This document shows, in pieces, positions 26,684 to 37,945 of a stretch of DNA of 64,000 nt. Location of the stretch: contig BDGG01000009.1 in NCBI GenBank assembly GCA_001949185.1, forward strand, positions 981,624 to 1,045,623. The letters are read 5' to 3'. The notes beneath the pieces were generated by a model. That model saw only the letters and a list, made by a program, of their open reading frames with translations, was not told the origin of the DNA and did not search any database. Origin of the DNA: Ramazzottius varieornatus (Eukaryota; Animalia; Tardigrada). Numbering within the stretch: position 1 is the first letter of the stretch; the number at the start of each line of letters is the position of its first letter. Both the position numbers and the translations under genes were made by a program.

Positions 26684-27258
26684 TAGAGATGGGATAAGTG
26701 TGATTAAGTTCGGTGTGGTATTTTCCGATTTGGTAAACTTTCACACCGAATCGGATATTTCAGTATGAAGTCCACACCGATATTTTTGATTTGGTAAATT
26801 TCTGCACCGAAATTTCGATTTATCACACCAAATCAAACCGAAGATTCGGTAAACCGGAAAATATAAAGTTTCTCTTATTAACGGGAAAAACCAGGTAAAA
26901 CTGGCGCAAAACGGAGCGAGCCGCAAGCGTACAACGCTTGGCGTGTCTCGAGATGTTGGGAGGTTTTCCTCCACCGGATGACTGTCTATCAAGCTAGCAG
27001 AGATACAGTCTGTAAGCCGAAAACTTTCTCGGGATCGCTCAGAAATCGGTCAAACTCTCATCTTTCTGGGCCTTTCGGTATGTTTCAATTTACTGAAAAA
27101 TTTCGATTTGGTATCGGTTTGGTGCGAACGCACACCGAAATCGGTTTTCGGTGCGAGACTCAAACCGATAATTTCGGTTTCGGTAATTTCTCATACCAAA
27201 TCGATAAGTTCGATTTAGTTTCGGTAAATTTCGGTAAATCACACTTATCCCATCTCTA
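26684..27258. mobile_element. Non-autonomous hAT-type element (575 bp)
   Basis: 22-bp TIR TAGAGATGGGATAAGTGTGATT / AATCACACTTATCCCATCTCTA, many subterminal ACCGA/TCGGT motifs, and an imperfect TSD (ACCGGCGCCGG left, ACCGGCGG right). Confidence 0.85.
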
Positions 27259-30200
27259 ACCGGCGGTCCTTTACTGCTTACCCTTTCGCGTTTTGCGATC
27301 AGTTTGCCTTTCGATACAATAGAGGCGCCACTTCAGCTTCCTTTCACACTTTGAAGACTGCTGCAGCCATTTTCATACCCGAATATTACAGTACTTTAAC
27401 CCATTGTAGCGACGACATTTCAAATCTCTTTCAATCCACCACCAAAGCAAGCAAGGTGCGGCTAGCCAGAGACTTGGTCAATGAGGAAAATGGCCATTAC
27501 GACACGCTTGAGCATCTTGCCGATCGATGTTTCTCCATAAACGCGAAGAGAGTACTGTAAACTAACCCACTGACCGGTACTGTAAACTGCGTGGCCACTT
27601 CTGGCTGCTTCCGTAGATAGATTAAAATGTAATCGGGCAACTTGAAGCTCTGAGCAAATATTAATGTATGAAGATATGTATGGATGGCTGGCGTTTGTCT
27701 ATTTTGGCCTTTTTGTTGGTCAAGGGCTCTCTAACCGTGGTCAGCCATCGGGGCTTTCTTTTCATCAAACCTCGTGCCAACAACCTTTCGACAAAACCTT
27801 CCTTCCGTATTTCAGAGTTCTCAAACGATATTCATTGCGTACTGGCGACATCAAAACAGAAACCATGCTTTCCTCGTGTCCATTTGTACGTCAAGAACCC
27901 TGATTTCTGTTTCAGAACTTCGTTTACTTTCAGAGATGTGGAAGTTGAGAGAACGAAACGGGAGGCCGGCAAACAAAACGCACAGGATCGCCATCCTAAG
28001 TGGCGCACACTGTCGGTGTCATTAGCTGGAAGCGGGCGTCGCTTGGGAAAATACCAAAGCTCGACATAATCGTTTTCCCCCGCTAACAGCTAAAGCAAGA
28101 ACAGTGTGCGCCACTTGGGAAAAAATCTCGTACGTTACGTTTGCCGACCTCGAAATTCTTTTCAAAGTCTTCAGCGTGAGAATTCAGTCGTCAGTTTACT
28201 AATGGTGCTCCAAAATGACTTCCGGTACACCGCTCGGAATTTTCGGGCCTTTGCCAAATTATCTTCTGCGTGGTCAGAATTCTTTGACTACCACCGCTGT
28301 GTCGGCTTCCGTGCGCAGTGTGAAGAGACCCAAGCTGTCATCGCACAAACAAAACTTGACATGTTATTGCGCTGAAAAGGTTAATTGAAACAAATGTTGC
28401 ACTGTGGGCGAAAATGTCAGTCATTGAACAGTTGAGGAGGCCATCATTACGGCAAACTGGTCATTAAATTTATCAAACTAATTTTATACTGGCCGACGCC
28501 AATGCACTGTTTATTGCAGATGAATGACAGCTACACCCATAATTGTCCTATTTTTCAAACTTTGCGGGGTCCTCATTACTTGTTTCAAGTTGTCTGGTTC
28601 ACTGAAAAGCTTCGAGTCCATTGAGCATGAAAATAATGGGTGTTTAACTTGGAGGTTCTCTCCCTGTGACGGTGGAACCGAAAGTGGTTCTTCACCACAC
28701 AGTGGCGCCCTCTGGCCCGGACTTAGTGGCGCAACATCTCTCTGAAACTGGCCGAGCTTTTTCACTTACGGAAAGAACCCGAAAGCTTTGTGAGCCATCG
28801 CGAAAAGACATATGGGGGAAACCGGCGAACGAAACGTACGCATCGTTCACTCAAGTGGCGCATGCTTCTCGCCGATAACACTGCAGGCATGCGCCACTTC
28901 GGGAAACAATCTTGTGCGTCTCGTTTACCGACTTTCCACTCCATCCAAACACAAAGATGACTACGTTATTGCATTCTGTACGCGTAGTTTGGGGCCTTGG
29001 GAAGATTCGTCAGCCAAACACTCAGTGTAATTAGGGAAAACAAGCCGGAAGATATATCCAGCTGGGATTGCGGGGACATGGAGAGGGTCCTTGTGGACAG
29101 CTGAAAGCTTCTTGTCAAATAAGGCAACTAAGTGATGCCATGAATAAATGACGGTAGCTAATGCACACACATCTACCGCCTATCTCTTGCAGCGTTTCCG
29201 TTTGAACCATCTTATGGCCAGTGAATATATCATCATCAGAGTGGCGCATTGTAATAAAGATGGAGTGATCCCAGCCGGTGCAGAATTGACGTAATATCAT
29301 CTGCATTGTATCTGCAACCACAGCGAGAGAGGTCCCTCGCTCAATCAGCATATTATACAGTGGAAATTTGTCCCAATGCCCAATATTTAGTATTCCTGTC
29401 GTGCGTCTAATTGATGGATGAAGCGGTGAGGAGAGCAACACCAGCAGCTCAATGCTCTTTAATCACGTTATTTATGGGCAGGCATGTGCAAGGGTATGGT
29501 AAATGTCCGGCGGTTGACATGCTGTTATTTATTTATGATGGTCATGAAGGGTCATAATGAAATTGTTGTAGAAAGTGCAATTGCGACCATGTTTGCCCTT
29601 TTTGACCCCATCTGTAATTTCATGACACTGTTGTCCGTCGCTGATTGATCCGTACGCGACCTCAGTTGCGCCTCGTGAGGTACTTCGAGTCTTTCTATGG
29701 ACGATAAGATGAAGCGAACCCGTGCAGCGATTTCTTCAAACATCATGATTTTTCCCACATGTCTGATACTGAAAAATGGCAGATTTAGATTTGCTTGTGT
29801 GGATATTGTGCGCAATCTGGACACCGAATTTGATGTTATAGGAAACAAAAACGGAAATAATACTCTTAGTAGATAGAATAGAACGTGGTCACCCTCTAGA
29901 CGTATGTAGAAACATCGAGTTTCTGAAAGGAAATTTTGCACAGGACAAATTTGACTGGGAGAGGTATGAAGGTTTTTACATTTGGGGAAGTGAAACGTGG
30001 TGGCGCACGTTTGCATTATTTTTCGGCTGGAAAGGGGCACCACTTGGAAAGACGATCCTGTCGAGTCTGATTACTTTTCCAAGTTGCGCACGTCGCTTCT
30101 GTGATTGGCTGGAAGCATGCGGCACTTTGGATGACAATCTTGCACCGTACTTGCATTCGTTTGCCGGTCTTCCATTTGTGATCTCTTCCTACTTGTAAGG

Positions 30201-31469
30201 TCAACAGGAAACACCTGCTTGACACAACAGTAAGTAACGGCGCTCACGCAATGAAGATATAATATTTTTTAGCGCGAGCATGTTGTTGCATTTATGGTCG
30301 GGTAATTTTAGTCACGAGCTGGCAGGATTTTGAGTATTTGACCAGCCAGTTTGAGTTCATGCTTGATCAGTTTGATTGTTAATTTTGTCTTTTCTGTTCA
30401 ACGAGCCGTTACAGCTCGTGGGTGTGCTCTACTGTTCGAACGGAGCGGAGGAGATTTTATTAATCTTGACCGTTTTGAGGTCCTAATGAAAACGCGGAAA
30501 AGGCCTTGCGATTGTTGCGCTTGATCGAACCAGCATGCGCATAATCTTGCAGCGAGCGTCGAAGACAAAGTAGCGCCGACGACGTTACTTCACGGACATC
30601 TTCGATCGTTTAATCTGAATTGCAAGGTGCGACCATTATATATATCCTTCCCTATGAGGTCGTCGATGATTGAATTGTCAGTCTTCAGTCAACCTATAAG
30701 CTTGTTACCCACAGCTTATTCTCCAGTAACATTTCTGATTTATCATACCAACATCGTCTACCAGTTTAGGGAACCATAACGAAATCGTCTGAGAGACCTT
30801 CAACCGCAACGTACGTAATTGTCATCTCCAGTCGAGCACCTTTTCTCTATTACTGGATGGAAGCGTGCGCCACTTAATATAGTCGCGCACGCTTCCAGCC
30901 AGTCACAATGTAAACGTGCGCCACTCGAGACGGCCACGCAGTCCGTTGTGTTCACTAAATAGTTTGCCACCGTAGGTTCGGAGTTCGGCCCGGGGTTATA
31001 TTCGCTTGTAAATTAGGTAGTTTTACGGGCTTGGTAAGACTAAGCCATCTCCACAAAATTTTTCCCAAAAGTGCGATGGATAGAACAGCGCGCGGGAGCT
31101 TGTTGTCCAAACGTTCTTATAGGTTGTGTATACACCAATCGATGATTAGGTTGAGATGAGTTCCGTTATACTTATTAAGTTTGCCTTGGGTTCTCTTTTT
31201 AGATTGCTTTTATCGATGAGAGACGTCGCAGCTTCCTCTCGCATCGCCGGTATCCTACGCCACACATTGTGCTGGGAGCCAAATCCATTCTGACAAAGAG
31301 GCAGCAAAGCTAGGACAAGCATCCAGCTGACATTAAGGCGCCTCGACAAAGAAGAGAAGGAGGAAGGTGGTACTCGGCTTTGTGTAGAAACAGGGAAGAG
31401 GGAAGGACCTTCGGGTTGCTCTTTCCTCAAATCACTTGCTCCGTCTCTACACACTTTGTCCCAGCCAAC

Positions 31470-33667
31470 ATGAAGCTCAAGCACTGGATGGAAAGCCTCA
31501 GTCGTGGTCGCAAGCGTTCCAAGACCGACAACAGCACTAGTAACAGTAGCAACATGTCAAACGCCAACCTCCCCAGTGTCAAGGAAAAGTCCCGCAGCAA
31601 AAAGTTATCTGTCAAGGAACTGATGATGCCTCACGGTCCGCCCCGCGAACAACAGCGCAAGCATGTTCGGGATAACTATCCGGCCGTGGCGGCCTACCTG
31701 GATCATCGCAATCCCCTCTCCGACCTCTCGCAGAACCTCCAGTCGTTCCGTTCATCAACACGCGCACCGGCCTCTCGGGAAACCGGCGCAATCGCCAACC
31801 CGGGCAAACAACGCTCGGAAAACATTTACGTCAACGTCAATTCGCTTCAGATGAATACTAATGGAATTTATGCGCTTCCTGACAAGTCTATCCCGCTGGA
31901 CAGTGCTCAATGTGCTTGTTATCGGCATCAAAAGGAGCGTCAGACTGCGATGGATAACTCTGAGAATAGTTCATCCATTTACACGACGGATGGCGCAACC
32001 TCGGGGTCGGGAACTTTTAACCCACGACGGGCCTCTAATGTCAACATTAGAACCAATCCATGGATTCGCCCCAATCAGTACTCCGTCATGACGGACAGTA
32101 CGGGTTCTTCCTCGGTCTCTTTACGCGACGAACCTGCGCGACCTGTACCGCCGCCAAAGCCTCAACGGAAGCGACCACCACCTGCTCACTATTATCCACC
32201 GGTCGAACGATTTTGCTCCGAGGACGACGACGACACGGAAATGATTGTTTGCTCTGATAAAAGCGTCGGAACGGATGGAGATGAATACTTGCTCGATGAT
32301 GGTTCGAGCACCTACTGCGATTGCGATGAATGTTGCTCCAGCTCTTGCCATTCCTTCAGCTCACTCAAACGCTCCTCTGCCATATTGTAAGTGTATATTC
32401 TATATCTGAAAAAAATTATCGATAGATTCGTCGAACACTTTCAAAACAATCAATTATTTCTTCATAGTGTTTGCTCGTTTTTGAGACATAAAAATATCGA
32501 GTTACATTGTCATCGATCCTGTAAAAAACAATATCGATTACAATCAGACCAGTGTTATTATTATAGTCGAACTAATGTTTTTCTTTCTGCCTATCGATTT
32601 ATTTTGTTTGGATATCTGTCTGGTCGGCAAGCGAAGCGCACAGGATCTTAAGTGGCGCACCTTTTGGTTGTGAAGAGCTGAGAGTGTGCGCCAATTGGAA
32701 AAGCGGCCTTTGATCGTTTTCAAACTGGCGCAAGTTTTCATTGTTGATGGCTGGAAGCGTGCGTTACTAGAGTGAAGGTCGTGCCGAGGTTTTATTTATC
32801 GGCCTTCCATCTAACGATTTAGTTCCCTGGTTCTAAAATATTTGTTCTTGCAGTTGCAGCAACGAGACGATTCAGCCGGATTGTGATTCTGACGGCTGTA
32901 GTACCACGAGTACTCCGACGATTCTCAACGACTTTATTGATGCGGATGGGGAGACCAGTTGTTCGGAACGCGACAGTGCGGTGGATTCGCCCGCCAGCTT
33001 GAAAGCAAGCTGCGGCGCTTTCATGTCCTCCTCAATCTCCTCCTCACGCAGCGCCAATCGCCCTCACTATTCACCTGCTGATTCCCACACTTCTTGGAAG
33101 TACTTTGACGACGATGACGAAGTGGATTCGGGCCATGGACAAACAGCCAGCAGTCTGGGTAGTCCCGGCAGTGCCGAGGATTACCGGCATCGCATTTCCC
33201 ACAGCAGTAGCGCACAAAGCGCGCAAAGTGCACAAAGCGCCCACAGCCGTCAGCCGCTCATTGGGGACGACACTAGGGAAAACTTTGTGGATATCGACAC
33301 CAACATTGAGATGATTCGGACGCGGCTACAAAAGCAAGTTTACCAATTGAAACACGAGCAGACGGCCCTGGACCGTCAGATGTTCCGATCTCGCCATGGA
33401 GGACACTATTACGGCCAAGAGGACAACATCGATATGATTGATGAGGATTTCATGCTACAAAAGAAGGCCATCCTGGTAGATACACTAAACCTCCTCAAGA
33501 GACAGTTGGATGAACAAAATGTCAGATTACAAACGAGCTACTCGGCCTTGCAGAATTTGAACAAGCACCAGGGTCAACGCGAAGCTGTTTATCAACCACC
33601 ACGTAATCGCGACCATCGCGCCCTCAGTGCCCTGTACAACGAATCAATCAGGGAAACATTTTGTTGA
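31470..33667 (+). CDS. Uncharacterised Ser/Asp-rich, largely disordered protein with C-terminal coiled coil (~576 aa). Exons 31470-32386 and 32854-33667
   Basis: Two long ORFs (336 and 228 aa tracks) join through a phase-2 intron (TT|GTAAGT ... TTGCAG|T). Composition is coding-like. It has a Pro-rich PVPPPKP motif, a heptad-like C-terminus, and ends -RETFC. Confidence 0.8.
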
Positions 33668-35314
33668 TTGACGGGTGTGGCCGTGGGAACCCAACCTTTA
33701 CACTTTGCGCCTTCAGGAAAATGACGCCGGAAATATCCGTGAAAGTGGAGTGATGGTCAAAAAAGTAAAGCTGCGATTTATTGTTGTGTAATATGGCGCC
33801 TGAAGGGTGGCCAGAGATGATTGATTCGGAGAAAGCAAAATTCTCCTAGTCTTGTTGTGAAGCATCCCTGTGAGAATTGACTCTACCACGTATAATTGGT
33901 TCCCACATATTACGTAATATTCTTTTCCCCAACTGACTTTTCAGTATTTGGCTGTATTTTCAACTTGATGGGAAACCTCTTCGAGTTATTTTTTTCTGAC
34001 GTTGTGCAAATATTCGTCGACGAGTTTGCTTTGAGCTGTTTTCTACCAGTAATCAATACCACTTTGTCGGGGTTCAAACTGTGCTTTCACGATTCAGAAG
34101 GGTCCCAAAGCAAAGCAGCGCAAAGTCATCAGAGCTAAAAGAAAGGGGATCGTCTCTTTTCTTGGCTCAACTGCAGACTTCCTTCCTATCGATTGTTTCC
34201 GTTGGCCGTTATGAAATCGTCTAGGGTCCATAAATCTAAATAGCTCTCGTGTCAGTGCTCTGGAGATGGGCAAGTCACTTGACAGTTTATTACCAGGAAA
34301 GGATGAGAGATACTGACATCGCACGGGGAGATGGATCAGAGCACCACTACCAGCCGAGTCCCCAGATCAGATCAGAAGGAGGACTCATCTGACTCAGTTC
34401 TCATCTCCATGTCTACACAACGCCCCATCTTGGCCCAACGAACCCATAATTTGGAAAAATAGTCCCGGGCTTGATTATGGGGTTGCGTGATTGTTCGATG
34501 AGAGTAATCAAACTTGACTGGGCCTGTCAAGCGCAAGGGAATACTTAACGACGGGTTTCGGCGGAGGGGCCACAAATGGTTGGGCCACATTGAAGACCTT
34601 ATCTGCACAACTCTTCATGCCTACTTGAATACCACGACTGGTAGCAAAGGCATTTGTTAGAGAAAAGACCCAATTGATGTAGGCGTAATAGCATGTTTTG
34701 TTGGTAATGATGAGTTTCCCTGCGTGAGTCAATTCTGGGAGCAAGGAAAAGTTGTAGACAATGAAAAAGTGTCAAATCAGGCTGTCCAACATCGTTACTC
34801 TCACATTAAACATCAACTGCGAACTTCCAAAGAAATAACTTTGGCTGAACTCGACGAACCGAATCTATAACAATCTTTTCCCAAGTGGCGCATGTTTGTA
34901 GTGTTACTGGATGAAAGTGAGCGCCACTTGAACAAATAATCTTGTCAAGTTTGTTAGCTTAGGTCTTCATCCACCCCCTTTGTCGAATTACGCCCAAATA
35001 TTACACAACCAAGCAATTTCGATTGATGACTGGCGTTTTACACCAAAGAAATCTTGCACTGACCAAAGGCAGTATCCGTAGGTATCCAAACCACAGAAAT
35101 CGCAGAGTTTCCGTTCGTTAACAGAAAACTTCCGCCGTTAAAGAGTGGCTGTTTGTTTGTGCGCATGGGCAACGGGAAAAGCGGAAAGAAAGGTTTCCAT
35201 AAAATTTAACCAGCCCAAGATGAAGCTTTGGTCACCAAGTTTGGAGTGAAATCGAAAGAGACGGTCTACGGTACCTGCGGTGGACAATCTTGGGTAGTTG
35301 AGCCGGCAATACGG

Positions 35315-37295
35315 TCAAATCGTAGTCGGGGACTGCTTCACAATCTCCACATCGTCCTGACTTTGATACTGAGGTTCCTCGGCTAGCCTCCGCCGTTTCT
35401 TGGAATTCAGAGGTTTTTTTTGGCCTTTCTCCACTTCTTCCTTGGACAAGAGGACAGCGATCTCGCCAAGCATCGGTAACACCGCAGAGGAGCCTTTCCC
35501 GTACGCATACCGTTGCAGTGCGCTCAGCGCCTGAAATATGCACTGTTAGGTCAGTCTGGTACTGTACTAGTGATATCCCTACCATATTTTAACATTCAGA
35601 GCTCGCCAAACTAACTCGATCAGATTGCTGTATTATTGACTGAAAGCGTGCGCCACTTGACGAAATAATCAAACTCGACAAGACCAGTTTCCCCGGTGGC
35701 CCACGTTCTCGATTTTATTGGCTGGAAGAGTGGGCCACTTGGGAAAAAAAGACCTTGCCCGGTCTGTTTGCCGGCCGAGCCCTCATTGGTTGATCTCGAT
35801 CTAAGCAGAATGGGACACATACTTCCTTCTGCACGAGACTTGCCAACTCTCTTTTTAAAGCAGTTGGTACCTGGATAGCTTGGGCGTAACTGCGAATTTT
35901 CAGGTTGCCCGATGACGATCTTTTGGCGGAAGGTCTACCAAGGTTCGTACCGTCAGGGGCTGGACGTGGAGTGAAAGTATGATGTGGGATCAGCTCAACG
36001 GTACCCAGAGGTTCGAAGGCGACGTTCAGGACCGGTGCAGGCTCGACATTTGCATCCGGAAGGGACTGAGGTGCCGGGATCGGAACATTAACGGTCTGGG
36101 GAAATACATCACTCTTGAAACTGTCGTTGTTTCTGATGATATCGTTCACGATAACGTTGACCATGCTCTGCTGATGGTCTGTCAGCATGCGTTTTCTCCG
36201 CTCTTCTTTCTTCTCTCCACGTTTGGCGAAGGAGGTGATGCGGTTACGGTGGAGAAAAGCCGCAGCCCAGCCGTTACTCCCGGTGAAGGAATCCATCCCT
36301 ATCGCGGTGGCGAACTGTCGCGAAACAGTCTAAAAGCAACGACCACGTTTCAGTACTAAAACCATGCCAATCACACGCAGAAAGATGAAGACCGCTCAAG
36401 AATACCTGCAATAAAGGACTCGCCACACTGCAAAAGCAGAAAGTACGGTTAATCACAACTGCGGCGTCACTGCGCACGATACTTGGAAGCTCGGCAAACA
36501 AACTCGACCAGATTGTTTCCTTAAGTGGCGCAGTTTGTTGGCTAAAAAAATGCGAAAGTGCGCCACTTCCAAGAACGATCTTGTCGAGTTTGGTCGTTTT
36601 CCACAGTAACGCATGCTTGCGGTGTTATCTGCTGGGAGTGTGCGCCACTCGAACAAACGAACTCCTCGAGTTTGTGTGCCCAGCGCCGATTTCTTGACCA
36701 CTTCAGACGCGAATACTTACGGGATGAGTACTGCTTGACATCGATTGTAGAACTCCAGCATCATATTGTTGATGTGTTGGTATTTGGTCGTACGAACCAA
36801 GCGTTTCCGGCCTGCATAAAATGCCACTGGGTTAACCTGGTCCTGCTACATTACAATCAGCAAGTCCGACAGACTGTACGAAAGATGCATCCTTACCCTC
36901 GTTTAGTTCTGCAGCTTCTTCTATTTTCTTCCGTTTCTTCAGTATGTAGCTGATGGTGGAAACACTAACGTTGAACTTCCGGGCGACCAGCTTGTGACTA
37001 ACCTGCACAACAGCAAGGTGAGTTGTACTGATGTAGCGTTTGTAAGACATTACCGGAAGTACGAAACACTAATCGAGTAACTGCACGGAGCCATTGCATC
37101 TGTCCAGCTCAAATTACTGTTCTTCATGAAATCATGATCATGATTAGTTTGCATACTGTGGCACAATCCAATGAGAAAACCACTCACGTTGTTGTCAATG
37201 TCCTCCAACATCTGCAATTTCGTAGCAATAGGAACTTCTGCTTTCCCCGTTCGCGACACAGCGCGTTCTGGTCCTTGCGGTTGTGGCCCCTCCAT
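35315..37295 (-). CDS. Domesticated pogo/Tigger-derived CENP-B-like DNA-binding protein without DDE domain (~333 aa). Exons 37295-37188, 37002-36897, 36811-36721, 36427-36406, 36329-35871, 35530-35315
   Basis: The spliced product has HTH-psq/CENP-B_N (TKLQMLEDIDNN|VSHKLVARKFNVSVSTISYILKKRKKI) and the CENP-B HTH (RKRLVRTTKYQHINNMMLEFY...IP|VASPLLQ|TVSRQFATAIGMDSFTGSNGWAAAFLHRNRI). A C-terminal SYAQAIQ|ALSALQRYA helix resembles the CENP-B dimerisation helix. All phases are consistent (1002 nt). Confidence 0.82.
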
Positions 37296-37734
37296 TCTCG
37301 GCTGTACAGGAACCGCAACAGGATCAGCCAACAGGCAGACCAAGACTTCAAGGCTCCGAAGTAACGTAAGATCCGACAGCAATCGATAGCAAACTGGAAA
37401 GTGGCAACTGGAAAGGATCCAACTCAACTTTAAAAACGCAGACATTGGCGCATGTTCGACTACCGTCAGTTGATTGCTGATTAACCAAGTATGCAGAAGG
37501 GGCGGGAACGAAAAGACATAGGGCTGGGCGAACAAAATGTACGAGGTCGCTGATTCAACTGGCGCACATTTTCATTGTCCCTGGCCAGAAGGATGCGCCA
37601 TTCAAGATAAGAATCTTCTACGTTTTGTTTACCCGGCCCCCTTCGCCGCCGGAACATAGCTCATTGATAGTAGCCAGATTCAGACAAAAGCCACTTCGAA
37701 TTCTTTATGATGCGGGAGACTAATCGAACCGGAA

Positions 37735-37799
37735 GAAGAAAGAGGAAACCAAGATAGGAAGAAAGAGGAAACCAAGAAAGAGGAAACCAAGATAGGAAT
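37735..37799. repeat. Short purine-rich tandem repeat (AAGAGGAAACCAAGA x3)
   Basis: GAAGAAAGAGGAAACCAAGATAG repeated with a partial unit. Confidence 0.8.
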
Positions 37800-37945
37800 C
37801 TCCATAATTAAGCAGGACCGGAAACTGCATAGACCTCCTGGCTGACGAGGAGTCGAGGATCAACATTGACAATCTGTCAGACAACATATTATTCCATGAA
37901 GAGAAATAAAAGAGACACTAAAGGCCACCGTCTGTCGGGGACGCA

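Noticed and set aside
35715-35870. 3' end of the 193-aa ORF as the real C-terminus of the CENP-B-like protein
   Set aside because: It runs into a family A element. Splicing at CAG|GTACCA to the exon at 35530 gives a better amphipathic helix.
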